Assembly: GCA_014727815.1 (NCBI GenBank)
Contig: WJMS01000257.1
Span: 1 to 60,577, forward strand
Source of the DNA: a candidate division GN15 bacterium
Lineage (GTDB): Bacteria; Zixibacteria; MSB-5A5; GN15; FEB-12
Direction: 5' to 3'
Length of the DNA: 60,577 nt
In this document: piece after piece, positions 19,528 through 29,395 of the stretch
Layout of the letters: the number at the start of each line of letters is the position of its first letter
Position numbering within the stretch: the first letter of the stretch is position 1
Translations under genes and position numbers: made by a program
The notes under the pieces: model-generated
Database searches by the model: none
What the model was told of the DNA's origin: nothing
The model's input: the letters and a program-made list of their open reading frames with translations, nothing else

Positions 19528-22490
19528 TTCACCACCGCCACTTTCAGGAGCTTCTGGTCGCCGTTGATCACCGTGCGCAACAAGGCGATATACACGCCGT
19601 TCAGCACCGTATGCCCCTCGCCGTTGCGACCGTCCCACTCCAGCACATGACTGCCCGCGTCGGTACCGGCCTCACCGAGCGACCGCTCGATGCTGTACAC
19701 TTCTTCCCCGGTCAGCGTCAGGATCCTGAACTGAATCGGCGTCGCCTCGGCCAGCTCGTACGAGAAGACCGCCGGTTCGTAATCGGGGTTAAACGGGTTA
19801 TCCCGAATCGTCAGCGACTGCGCTCCCGCAGACACCGCCGTGATATTCTGTGAGAAAATCGAACCGTCAGGACTGCCCGGCGTCATCGCGCCGGTCGACT
19901 CACCGGCAAAGGGACCGGCCAGGTACGTCGAGACAATATCGTCGGCGGTGAACTCGATCCGGAAATCATCCGGCGCGCCCGACTTGATTCGCGCCCGGAA
20001 CGTCAAAAAGCGCTGCTCCCCCTCATCGATCACGTAATTGTCGAACGTCATGATCAAACGCTCGGTCCCGGCGGTGGCGGTAGTGACTATCTGTCCGCCC
20101 TCGGCGAAACCGGTCGCCGATGTTTCCACTATCGACCGCACCGACACCGGTTGCCCGCTGCGATCGACAAACGACATGCCGATCTGTTCGATCTCGATCG
20201 GCGAGCGCGCCGACAAACCGCGATTGGTAAGATAGAGTGTGAAGATCTCGGCATCTCGACCGCGCGCCACCAGATTGCCCGGCTGCGCTTCGCTCTCGAC
20301 AACCAGGTCCGACTGCATCGAGGACACCTGCACCCGGAGCGTACAGGCGGTGAAATTTATCTGGGCCGGATCACCGGTGTTCAACGCCATCGGCGTCTCG
20401 AGCAGCTCAAACGCAACCGTCGCCAGCGTATCGAAATCAGGCGCCGTCAAAATGAAACTTATCGAACTGTCGGCATCGATCTCGCCCAGCGTCGGATCTG
20501 CAACCCCGAGGTTCAGCCCGAATGTCGACATGGAATAGTCCGAGGTCACCACCTCGCCCTGCCCCTCATTCGAGAGCGAGGCCACCAGGGCAAACCGCTC
20601 GCCAACCCCGACATAGTCCGCGTCGAGTCCGGCAAACTCACACGTCAATACCAGGCTGGCCGGCGTCTGCACCGTCACCAGCGCTTCATTGTCCACCGGC
20701 TCCAGCACCTCGGCCCCGGTCGACAGTACCTCGACCGTAAACGTCTCCGCCAGGTTTGATACGACCGAAGCCGTTACCGGGATCATCACGTCAATCGTGT
20801 CATACGCCGGAATACTGCCGACCATGACCGTGTCCTGGGATGGCTGAGACTGGCCGTTGGTTGCAATGACCACCTCGACGTCGGTTGCCTCGCGATCGGC
20901 CAGGTTGGCTACCCTGGCCGTAACTTCGAACTGCTGGTTGGTGTTGACGAACGGTGCATTTGGCACCCCCGTGATCTCCGTCTCGACCAGCTGGATGGCG
21001 ATCGGCGTCAGTATCTCGATCTGCTGTCCGGCAAACGATGTCTCCAGCCGAGCTGAGTTGCCCAACCCGATCTCACGATACGAAACCACCGCTTCGGCCG
21101 TCAACGTGTCCGGCGCCAGCTCGGCGGGAATCTGGATCGGATCGGCCGTCAGCAGGTTGATACCCGGGTTGAGCGTGCCGTTCTCTGCGCGAAGACTGAC
21201 CGTCGTTGAGAACGTACTGTCCACCACGCTGAACGTCGTGCGCGAGCCGACCAACTCCACCGGCTCGTCTCCGTCGAGCGAAACCTCGAACTCAAACGAC
21301 ACCGTCGCCCCACTGACCAACGAGGTAGGTGTCAGCGTCGTGTCGAGCGAACTGAGCGCCGGCGGCTGCTTGAGCAGCATCGAGTCAGCCACGACATTCT
21401 TGATAATGGTCGGCGGCGCGCCGGAATAAACGGCATAGTCAAACTCCACCCGATACCAGCCCGAGTCGATCAGCACCGTCCCTCCCGGAATGGCAATATT
21501 GCGGTACTGCAGGATATCCGGCTGCGGCTGGGTGTAACTGGGCGTGCCGGAAAACAGGGTCGAGACTACCGTCCCGGCCGGGTCACGCACCAGGCGAATC
21601 GTCACCGGGGTGCTGTCGATATCGGTAACCACCGACTCCGCCCGCACGTCAAAGCCCAGCGTAAAATCAAGCCCGGTGTAGATACTGTCGGGCGAGACCG
21701 TGCCCGGGATGATCGTCAGCGATGGTGTCGGCAGGATCGAAACCGGGATCAGCAGCGTGTCGGCCGTGCTGTATACGGAATCACCCAGACTGAACCCCGA
21801 CATCAACTCGACCAGCAGCGTATCCTCACGCGGGGCCCCGGTGACCTCCGGAAGCAGCACCGAGACAGTATCGACCCGGCCGTTGTTCTGCCCATCGAAA
21901 AAGACCTTTACCGAGCCGCCACCCGACGTGAAATAGGTCCGGATCCAGGGATCCTCCGCCGGTAACAGCGAACCGTTGTTTTGAACGGGGACCGTGATCG
22001 AGGTCGGCACACCGGCGAATATCTGGGAAATCGAACTGCCGTCGGTGAAAAAGGCGCCGAGAATATCATAGCCGTTGAACGAGACAACGGTCGCATTGGA
22101 CGCGAGTGTATCGGCAAGCGCCGTGATATCTACCACCGCCGAAGGCCCCCGGTAGGTCACGCCAAGCGGCAGGAGATTGATCAGGCCGTTGCTGAAAAGT
22201 GACTGGTCATCGACTGTATCAGGTGTCAATTCACCCGCACTGGGAACCAACACCAGGGGCGAATCGACCAGACTATAGTCGGCCACCGGATCATCGTTTT
22301 CGTCAAACAGACGGATACGGGCATCGCCGCGCAGAGGATGACCCACCACCTGATTTGGATTGATAATCAAATCAATAGTAGTCAGGTCCTCGGTGCCGCC
22401 AGGCGTGGCGGTATCGGCATACACGGACAGTCCACCGATCGCGAGGACAAAAACGGCAAGTATGTAGATACAGTATTTCAGCGGTTGCAC
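19524..22490 (-). CDS. Large acidic secreted beta-sandwich protein with FlgD-Ig/T9SS-like C-terminal domain
   Basis: Signal peptide (GTG start at 22490 inferred); C-terminus NPFNP...WDGRNGEGHTVLNGVYIA...KVAVVK. Confidence 0.8.
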   Translation of the reverse strand: MQPLKYCIYILAVFVLAIGGLSVYADTATPGGTEDLTTIDLIINPNQVVGHPLRGDARIRLFDENDDPVADYSLVDSPLVLVPSAGELTPDTVDDQSLFSNGLINLLPLGVTYRGPSAVVDITALADTLASNATVVSFNGYDILGAFFTDGSSISQIFAGVPTSITVPVQNNGSLLPAEDPWIRTYFTSGGGSVKVFFDGQNNGRVDTVSVLLPEVTGAPREDTLLVELMSGFSLGDSVYSTADTLLIPVSILPTPSLTIIPGTVSPDSIYTGLDFTLGFDVRAESVVTDIDSTPVTIRLVRDPAGTVVSTLFSGTPSYTQPQPDILQYRNIAIPGGTVLIDSGWYRVEFDYAVYSGAPPTIIKNVVADSMLLKQPPALSSLDTTLTPTSLVSGATVSFEFEVSLDGDEPVELVGSRTTFSVVDSTFSTTVSLRAENGTLNPGINLLTADPIQIPAELAPDTLTAEAVVSYREIGLGNSARLETSFAGQQIEILTPIAIQLVETEITGVPNAPFVNTNQQFEVTARVANLADREATDVEVVIATNGQSQPSQDTVMVGSIPAYDTIDVMIPVTASVVSNLAETFTVEVLSTGAEVLEPVDNEALVTVQTPASLVLTCEFAGLDADYVGVGERFALVASLSNEGQGEVVTSDYSMSTFGLNLGVADPTLGEIDADSSISFILTAPDFDTLATVAFELLETPMALNTGDPAQINFTACTLRVQVSSMQSDLVVESEAQPGNLVARGRDAEIFTLYLTNRGLSARSPIEIEQIGMSFVDRSGQPVSVRSIVETSATGFAEGGQIVTTATAGTERLIMTFDNYVIDEGEQRFLTFRARIKSGAPDDFRIEFTADDIVSTYLAGPFAGESTGAMTPGSPDGSIFSQNITAVSAGAQSLTIRDNPFNPDYEPAVFSYELAEATPIQFRILTLTGEEVYSIERSLGEAGTDAGSHVLEWDGRNGEGHTVLNGVYIALLRTVINGDQKLLKVAVVK

Positions 22491-22547
22491 GAGGTATCTC
22501 AATCTCAACGCCAGAAAGCTACAAACATGATGCAACAACTACCTCAA

Positions 22548-22563
22548 AGCAAACCCTATGCCT
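22548..22563 (-). promoter_or_regulatory. Putative sigma54 promoter
   Basis: AGGCAT-N5-TTGCT with correct -24/-12 spacing. Confidence 0.55.
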
Positions 22564-22801
22564 TGTATCCTAATGAGACACAAAGAAATACGGAAATTTT
22601 TTCCGCTGTGACGCCCCGTGTGTGCCTCCGTCTAACTAATTCAAACAAAATATCTTATTGCGGTCTGGGAAAGTAAAAAATCAGGCGGGCCGGAGTTTTC
22701 CACATTAATCCCGGCGATGTTGACAAATTGCGTCAGGGAAATGTGTAACCCCTTGCAAACTTGCGGCAGCCAAATTGCTACGAGCTCGCGACAAAGCAGC
22801 C

Positions 22802-23704
22802 CTACTTACCCGTAATCCGAGCCGCCGCCTCAACCGTATTCGACATCAACATCGCAATTGTCATCGGCCCCACCCCACCCGGTACCGGCGTAATCGCCGA
22901 GCATTTCGGAGCTACCTTATCGAAATCGACATCGCCAACCAGACGGTAGCCCTTTTCGGTGCTGCTGTCATCAACCCGATTGACGCCCACATCGATAACC
23001 ACCGCCCCCTCCCTGACCATATCCTCGGTGATCGTATCCGGACGGCCAATGGCCGCAATCAGAATATCAGCCCGCCGACAGACCTCGGCCAGATTGGCCG
23101 TGCGCGAATGGGCAATCGTAACCGTCGCGTTGGCCATCGGCGCCTTCTGTACCAGGATCGCCGCGATCGGCTTGCCGACAATATTCGAGCGGCCGACCAC
23201 GACTACCTGTTTGCCCGATGGATCGATCTCGTAGTGTTCGAGCAGCTTGACGATACCGTGCGGCGTGCACGGCAACAGGCCCGGTCGGCCGATCAACATC
23301 ATACCGACATTGAACGGATGAAACCCATCGACATCCTTGGCCGGATCGATCGCCAGAGTCACCGACAACTCATCCATATGCTTCGGCAGCGGTGACTGGA
23401 CCAGGATACCGTGAATCTGGTCGTTGGCGTTGAGATCATTGACGATACCCAGCAGTTCATCCTGCGAGATATCAGCGGGGCGGCGGATAACCTCCGAGTA
23501 GAGCTTCAGCTTCTCACACGCCCTCGCCTTGCTGTTGACATACGTCTGCGAGGCCGGGTCATCACCCACCAGCACCGCCGCCAGCCCGGGCGTCACGCCC
23601 GCGGCAGCAAGCCCCTTGATTCGATCCTTCAGGGCCCGTCGAACCGACTTGGCCACCTCTTTACCGTCGATAATCTGTGTCTTCTCGCCAACGCTCCCGC
23701 TCAC
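22802..23704 (-). CDS. folD: Methylenetetrahydrofolate dehydrogenase/cyclohydrolase
   Basis: [42 protein letters not shown]. Confidence 0.98.
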   Translation of the reverse strand: MSGSVGEKTQIIDGKEVAKSVRRALKDRIKGLAAAGVTPGLAAVLVGDDPASQTYVNSKARACEKLKLYSEVIRRPADISQDELLGIVNDLNANDQIHGILVQSPLPKHMDELSVTLAIDPAKDVDGFHPFNVGMMLIGRPGLLPCTPHGIVKLLEHYEIDPSGKQVVVVGRSNIVGKPIAAILVQKAPMANATVTIAHSRTANLAEVCRRADILIAAIGRPDTITEDMVREGAVVIDVGVNRVDDSSTEKGYRLVGDVDFDKVAPKCSAITPVPGGVGPMTIAMLMSNTVEAAARITGK

Positions 23705-24531
23705 TGATCCACCTCCGCCTGTTTGCGACTCTGGTACTCTTCCATGTCAAAACGAAGCATCAACCGTTCGATCTCCACCGCCCGCCCCGACTCGGCATCG
23801 ATCCGCACGATCACCCCGGCCAGCCGGACATCGTCACTCGCCGTCGTGAACCGCTTCGGCATGCCGGTCAGGAAACGCCCCAGCGACGGCCCCTTCTCCA
23901 TCCCGATAATCGAATCGTACGGCCCGGTCATGCCGGCATCGGTTAAATACGCCGTGCCCCGCGCGCTGATCGACTCATCGGCCGTCTGCACATGCGTATG
24001 GGTGCCGATCACGGCCGACACCCGCCCATCGAGATAATACGCCAGCGCCTGCTTCTCCGAGGTCGCTTCGGCATGGAAATCGACAAAGATGATATTCGTC
24101 TGCGACTGGATTCGTTTCACCTCACGCATGGCCGCCTGGAAAGGACAATCGAGATTGGCCATATACACCCGACCCATCAGGTTTATGACACCAATCTTCA
24201 CCGAGCCGACCTCGTCGACATACGAACCGCTGCCGGGCGCGGTCGGCGGGTAGTTGGCCGGGCGAATCAGCTTGGGATGCTCATTGAAGTAGTCGAGAAT
24301 GTCGACCCGATCCCAGATGTGGTTACCCGATGTCTGCAGGTTCATCCCGTACGAAAACATCTTCCGCGACATCTCGGGCGTCACCCCGAACCCGCCCGCA
24401 GCGTTTTCGACATTGGCGACGACGTAATCGATCTGGTACTGCTCGCGAAGCGGTTTGATCATGTGCGCGGCCGCCTGACGACCCGGCTTGCCGCAGATAT
24501 CCGCCACAAACAGCAGATTGAATGTGGACAT
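23701..24531 (-). CDS. ymdB: TIGR00282/YmdB metallophosphoesterase
   Basis: [41 protein letters not shown]. Confidence 0.93.
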   Translation of the reverse strand: MSTFNLLFVADICGKPGRQAAAHMIKPLREQYQIDYVVANVENAAGGFGVTPEMSRKMFSYGMNLQTSGNHIWDRVDILDYFNEHPKLIRPANYPPTAPGSGSYVDEVGSVKIGVINLMGRVYMANLDCPFQAAMREVKRIQSQTNIIFVDFHAEATSEKQALAYYLDGRVSAVIGTHTHVQTADESISARGTAYLTDAGMTGPYDSIIGMEKGPSLGRFLTGMPKRFTTASDDVRLAGVIVRIDAESGRAVEIERLMLRFDMEEYQSRKQAEVDQ

Positions 24532-24558
24532 GGAAGCAACTTTCTAAGACGGAGACAT

Positions 24559-24597
24559 AAAGCAAAAAGGCCGGAAGTGCTCCGCCGTCACCCCGGC
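24559..24597 (-). terminator. Intrinsic terminator between rny and ymdB (part of an attenuator-like structure)
   Basis: GCCGGGGTG...CACTTCCGGC followed by CTTTTTGCTTT. Confidence 0.6.
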
Positions 24598-24699
24598 TCC
24601 AACATCTCATAGTAGTGACGGGAGACTACTATATCTCCCGTCACTTAGCAACCGATTTCCCGTCGACGGGTTCCCGCAGCAACCCGACGACATCACATC

Positions 24700-26262
24700 T
24701 TACTTGGCAAATTCCGTATAGCGGCTCTCGCGAATCACCGTTACTTTGACCTGCCCCGGATACTGCATCTCGGCCTCGATCCGCCCGGCAATATCACCGG
24801 CCAGCACCGACGTCGCCAGGTCATCGATCGTCTCGTTTTCAACGATAACACGAATCTCCCGACCCGCCTGAATGGCATACGCCTTCGAAACGCCCTTGAA
24901 GCTGTCGGCCAGCTCCTCGAGCTGCTGCAGCCGCTTGATATACGCTTCCAGCGGCTCCCGACGGGCTCCCGGACGGGCGCCCGAGACCGCATCCGCCGTC
25001 TGCACCAGCACCGGGTACGGCGAGAGCATCGGCACATCACCATGATGCGACTCGATCGCATTGACCACCGCATCATGCTCCCGGAACCGACGCATGAAAT
25101 CGGCCCCGATCTGCGTGTGCGTCCCCTCGGTCTCCCGATCGATCGCCTTGCCGATATCGTGCAGCAGCCCGCAGCGCTTGGCCAACGGCGCATCCAGCTC
25201 CAGCTCGGCCGCCATCAGGCCGCACAGCATCGCCACCTCTTTTGAATGAGCCAGGACATTCTGGCCATACGACGTCCGGTAATTCAGCTTGCCGAGCAGC
25301 TTGACCACTTCCGGATGAAGCCCGTGTATGCCCAGCTCGAAACAGGCCTGCTCGCCCGCCTCCCGGACAATCACTTCCATCTCATTCTGGCACTTGGCCA
25401 CTACTTCCTCGATCCGGGTCGGGTGGATCCTCCCGTCCGAGATCAACCGCTCCAGCGCCATCCGCCCGATCTCCCGGCGCACCGGGTCATACCCGGACAG
25501 AATGACCGCCTCCGGGGTGTCATCAACTATCACATCGATCCCGGTACAGGTCTCAAAGGCCCGAATATTGCGCCCCTCACGACCGATAATCCGGCCCTTC
25601 ATTTCATCCGACGGCAGATTCACGACCGAAACGGTACTCTCCACCGTGTGATCGGCGGCACAACGATAGATCGCCGACATGATTATCTCGCGCGCCTCTT
25701 TCTCGGCGTCACGCTCGGCCTTTTCGCGAATCTCCTTGATATGCGCGGCAGCTTCCATCTTGGCTTCGCTGATCATGTTATCCATCAACTGCCGCTTCGC
25801 CTCTTCAGGGGTCATCTGGGCGATCCGCTGGAGCTTTTCGTTCTGGGAAGTAATAATGGCGTCGATCTCGTTCTCACGAATCTCGATGCCTTTCTGGCGG
25901 GTCTGGAGAGTCTTTTCTTTGGTAACGAGGTCCTTCTCGCGGCTGTCGATCCCCTCGATCCGTTTCTCCAGGGAGTTCTGCGTCTCTTCGACAGTCCGCT
26001 CAGCCTTCTCAACCTCGCGGCGGCGCTGGTCCATTTCCTTGTCGAAGCCCGATTTCTCCTTCATCCAGGCTTCGCGCGCTTCAAGGACCGCCTCCTTCTT
26101 TATAATCTCCGCTTCCTTCTTGGCCTCGGTGAGGATACGCCGAGACTCATTTCCGGCCGAGTCGAGTTTCTTCTTGTCGGCCCGCCTCGCCAAAAATATG
26201 GCCAGCAGAAAGCCGACAATCCCGACGCCGAGTGCCAGAAGCAGAGCAGTCAGCAGGTTCAT
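24700..26262 (-). CDS. rny: Ribonuclease Y
   Basis: N-terminal TM, coiled coil, KH (KGRIIGREGRNIR), HD (GLLHDIGKA), SGARPGARRE. Confidence 0.98.
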   Translation of the reverse strand: MNLLTALLLALGVGIVGFLLAIFLARRADKKKLDSAGNESRRILTEAKKEAEIIKKEAVLEAREAWMKEKSGFDKEMDQRRREVEKAERTVEETQNSLEKRIEGIDSREKDLVTKEKTLQTRQKGIEIRENEIDAIITSQNEKLQRIAQMTPEEAKRQLMDNMISEAKMEAAAHIKEIREKAERDAEKEAREIIMSAIYRCAADHTVESTVSVVNLPSDEMKGRIIGREGRNIRAFETCTGIDVIVDDTPEAVILSGYDPVRREIGRMALERLISDGRIHPTRIEEVVAKCQNEMEVIVREAGEQACFELGIHGLHPEVVKLLGKLNYRTSYGQNVLAHSKEVAMLCGLMAAELELDAPLAKRCGLLHDIGKAIDRETEGTHTQIGADFMRRFREHDAVVNAIESHHGDVPMLSPYPVLVQTADAVSGARPGARREPLEAYIKRLQQLEELADSFKGVSKAYAIQAGREIRVIVENETIDDLATSVLAGDIAGRIEAEMQYPGQVKVTVIRESRYTEFAK

Positions 26263-26353
26263 CGTGTCCTCCCGTTCGGTAACATACCGAACGCTGCAGT
26301 TCTATTCTAAATGGGGATTGAGGAGATGAAAATGCGGAATCGAGACGGCACGC

Positions 26354-26665
26354 TTACCGGTCAACCGGATCGTCGCCCAATGCAGCTTCGAGTTTCGCCA
26401 GCAGCGAGTCCATACGGGCCTCTGCCTGCTCGACCGCCTTAAGCGAGTCGCCCCGCTCGTTTGCTTCCGACGCAAACGACATGGCGGCCAGGATCGCCAC
26501 CTTGTCACGAGCGTGCGACCTCGATGCTCGAGCTACCTGTTTCATCCGCGAATCAACCATATCAGCGATCCGCGCGGTGTATTTCGGGTCGTTTTCCCCG
26601 GTGATCGGGTAATCCTCACCGAAAATCCTGACTACTACTCGGTTTTCCAGTGTCAGATCAGACAT
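26354..26665 (-). CDS. zapA: Cell division protein ZapA
   Basis: VRIFGEDYPI, A..VDSRM, KVAILAAM; pheT-zapB-zapA-rny synteny. Confidence 0.88.
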   Translation of the reverse strand: MSDLTLENRVVVRIFGEDYPITGENDPKYTARIADMVDSRMKQVARASRSHARDKVAILAAMSFASEANERGDSLKAVEQAEARMDSLLAKLEAALGDDPVDR

Positions 26666-26717
26666 ACCGACAGCAATATATTCCAATTCCGAATATTCGT
26701 TATCCTATCCCACTATC

Positions 26718-26755
26718 TGACAAAATCTTATACCTGATTGTAAGATTTTTGTCAA
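26718..26755 (-). promoter_or_regulatory. sigma70 promoter embedded in an inverted repeat
   Basis: TTGACA-N17-TATAAG; TGACAAAATCTTA...TAAGATTTTTGTCA. Confidence 0.6.
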
Positions 26756-26762
26756 GAAAAAA

Positions 26763-27005
26763 CTACAGGCCCATCGACTCCAGCTCTTCGATCCGATTCA
26801 GCACCGAACTGAGCTTGGCCCGTACCGCCCCGGCCTGGTCATTCTGGGATAGTCTCAGCGAATCAAACTCCCGCTGCAGCTCGGCCATATCAGCCTTCAG
26901 CCCGCGGTTTTGCTCGCGCAGCCGACGGTTGTCGTCCTTCAACCGCTCCACCAGCGCCAGCAGCTTGTCCACCCGGTCTTCAATCCGGGCTAACTTGTCA
27001 CTCAT
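26763..27005 (-). CDS. zapB: ZapB-like coiled-coil protein
   Basis: 80 aa pure coiled coil between pheT and zapA. Confidence 0.7.
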   Translation of the reverse strand: MSDKLARIEDRVDKLLALVERLKDDNRRLREQNRGLKADMAELQREFDSLRLSQNDQAGAVRAKLSSVLNRIEELESMGL

Positions 27006-29392
27006 TCCTGCTTGTCCCTGATATCGGCGTTAAACTTCTGCTTGAGGGCTGCAATCACATCCTGCTGCTTTTGTTCAACTTCCTCGCTCGACAGACTTCG
27101 CTCCGGCGAGCGGTAACTGATCGCCACCGCGACCGACTTCTTCCCCTTCGGAATCTGCTTGCCGGTGTACAGGTCAAACAACTCCACCGATTCGGCCAGC
27201 CCCCCGGCCACCGATCGAATCTCATCGATTATATCCCCCACCCGCACCGACTCGCTCACAATCATGGCCAGGTCCCGCGGCGCCGCCGGATAGATCGGCA
27301 ACGGCGTGAAGACCGGTTGACGGTCGCTGAGGGCAAGTAACGAAGAAAGCTGCAATTCAGCAAGGAAGACCGGCTGCTTGATGTCAAATTTCCGCCCCGT
27401 CGCCGGATCAAGCGCGCCCATAACACCCGCCGACCGGCCCTCCAGAGATATGGCAAAGCTTTGCCCGGTCTCGAGATACGGCACGGTCGCGGGTTCAAAC
27501 GATGGTTGCGGCCAGCGGAAATGACCACGGAGATTCTCAAGCGCGCCGGCCAGATCATGGAAATCGCACGGACGCGGCTTGTCCCGCCAGCTGCCCGGCG
27601 TACTGCCGGTCACCAGTACCAGCAGACGGTCCTCTTCCCGCCCCGCGCCGCTGTTGTCCGGCGGGAAATACGCTTTCCCGATCTCGAAGAGCTGCAGGTC
27701 GAGATTCCGGTGCGCGATATTGTGGGCGACGACCGGAAGCGCCGACAGCACCAGCGAATTGCGCATAATGTCCAGATCTTCCGACACCGGGTTGATAATC
27801 TTCAATTGCGGCACATCAGCCTCGAGCCGGGCGGCATCCTTGCTGTGCGCCAAACCATGCCCGAGCATCTCGTCATAGCCCGCCGACGTCATAACCCGAC
27901 GGACGTCATCGATAAAGCGATCCTCGAGATGAATCGGCGTAAACAACGGCCCCGAATTGATATCGGCATCGTCGATTGCATCGTAACCCTCGATCCGCGC
28001 GACCTCTTCGATCAGGTCAATCTCACGCGTGATATCATGCCGGAATGTCGGAACAAGACACTCGATCGGATCGCTGCCGGAAACCTCGAACTCGAGATTG
28101 CCAAGGATCTCCTTCATCCGCCCGGCCGAAAACTCAGCCCCCAGAATCGCACGGCAGCGGTCCGGCCGGAGATTGACCTGCCGCGGCGCAAACGGCTTCG
28201 GGTAGTTGTCGACAATGCCGCCAAGCACCTTGCCACCGCACAGCTCCTGGAACAAGTACGCCGCCCGGTTGCTGGCATGCACGGCGTTATTGGGGTCAAC
28301 ACCCTTTTCAAAACGCTGTGAGGCCTCGGTGACCAGTCCCAGATGCCGGCGGCTCTTGCGGATCACCGACGGGTCAAAATAAGCGACCTCGAGCAGGATA
28401 TTGGTCGTACTGTCCTTGACTTCGGAATCGAGTCCACCCATCACACCACCGGCGCCGACCGACTCGGTTCCGTTGGTAATCATCAGGACATCGGGGGTGA
28501 GCGTATGCTCTTTGCCATCAAGCGTGGTGAACTTCTCACCGTCGTGCGCCCGTCGAACCAGCACCTGGTTTGATCCGAACAGGTCGAGATCAAAAGCATG
28601 CAGCGGGTTGCCCGTTTCAAGCAGGATGTAATTCGTAATATCAACGATATTCGAAATCGGCCGGATACCCGAGGCGATCAGCTTCTTCTGCAGCCACCAC
28701 GGCGACGGTCCGATCGTCACGCCTTTGATCACCCGGGCCGTAAAACGCCCGCAGGCATCGGTGTCCTGAATGGCGACACTGACATGATCGGAGGACAGCT
28801 CCGTATCTTCGTTGATAGCATAGGTAGGATAGTTGATCCGCACGCCGGCCAGCGCCGCCAGGTCACGAGCGATCCCGATCGCCGACATCGAATCGGCCCG
28901 GTTGGGCGTCAGTTCGAAATCCAGTATGTAATCATCGTAATCGAGCGCTGTAACCAGTGACTCACCGACTGTGAGATCCGCCTCGAGCACCCAGATACCG
29001 GCGTGGTCATCGCTCAGCCCCAGTTCGGCCTGGGAGCAGATCATCGCCGATGATTCCACGCCGCGGATCTTCGTCTTTTTGATCGTCAACCCGCCGGCCA
29101 GTTCGGCCCCGAGCGTCGCCACCGGGACTTTCTGCCCCACCGCCACATTCGGCGCGCCGCAGACAACATCCATCGTCTCCGAGCCGATACTAACCGTCGC
29201 CAGGCGAATCTTGTCGGCGCCCTCGATCGGCTTGAGATCGCGCACCTCGCCCACCACCACGTTTTTCATATGCCGGGCCGTGGAGACAATGTCCTCACAG
29301 GCGGTACCGCACAGCGTCAGCCGGTCGGCCACCTGGTCAACCGGCCAGTCCAGCCCGGTCAGTTCGAGCAACCACTGATAGGATATCTTCAT
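27002..29392 (-). CDS. pheT: Phenylalanine-tRNA ligase beta subunit
   Basis: VVCGAPN, TPNRAD, NIVDITNY, RFEKGVD, FDX-ACB C-terminus. Confidence 0.98.
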   Translation of the reverse strand: MKISYQWLLELTGLDWPVDQVADRLTLCGTACEDIVSTARHMKNVVVGEVRDLKPIEGADKIRLATVSIGSETMDVVCGAPNVAVGQKVPVATLGAELAGGLTIKKTKIRGVESSAMICSQAELGLSDDHAGIWVLEADLTVGESLVTALDYDDYILDFELTPNRADSMSAIGIARDLAALAGVRINYPTYAINEDTELSSDHVSVAIQDTDACGRFTARVIKGVTIGPSPWWLQKKLIASGIRPISNIVDITNYILLETGNPLHAFDLDLFGSNQVLVRRAHDGEKFTTLDGKEHTLTPDVLMITNGTESVGAGGVMGGLDSEVKDSTTNILLEVAYFDPSVIRKSRRHLGLVTEASQRFEKGVDPNNAVHASNRAAYLFQELCGGKVLGGIVDNYPKPFAPRQVNLRPDRCRAILGAEFSAGRMKEILGNLEFEVSGSDPIECLVPTFRHDITREIDLIEEVARIEGYDAIDDADINSGPLFTPIHLEDRFIDDVRRVMTSAGYDEMLGHGLAHSKDAARLEADVPQLKIINPVSEDLDIMRNSLVLSALPVVAHNIAHRNLDLQLFEIGKAYFPPDNSGAGREEDRLLVLVTGSTPGSWRDKPRPCDFHDLAGALENLRGHFRWPQPSFEPATVPYLETGQSFAISLEGRSAGVMGALDPATGRKFDIKQPVFLAELQLSSLLALSDRQPVFTPLPIYPAAPRDLAMIVSESVRVGDIIDEIRSVAGGLAESVELFDLYTGKQIPKGKKSVAVAISYRSPERSLSSEEVEQKQQDVIAALKQKFNADIRDKQE

Positions 29393-29395
29393 GAT

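Noticed and set aside
26263..26353. 6S RNA, often found next to zapA
   Set aside because: The zapA-rny gap is only about 90 nt, and the rny-ymdB gap lacks the end-to-end rod structure.
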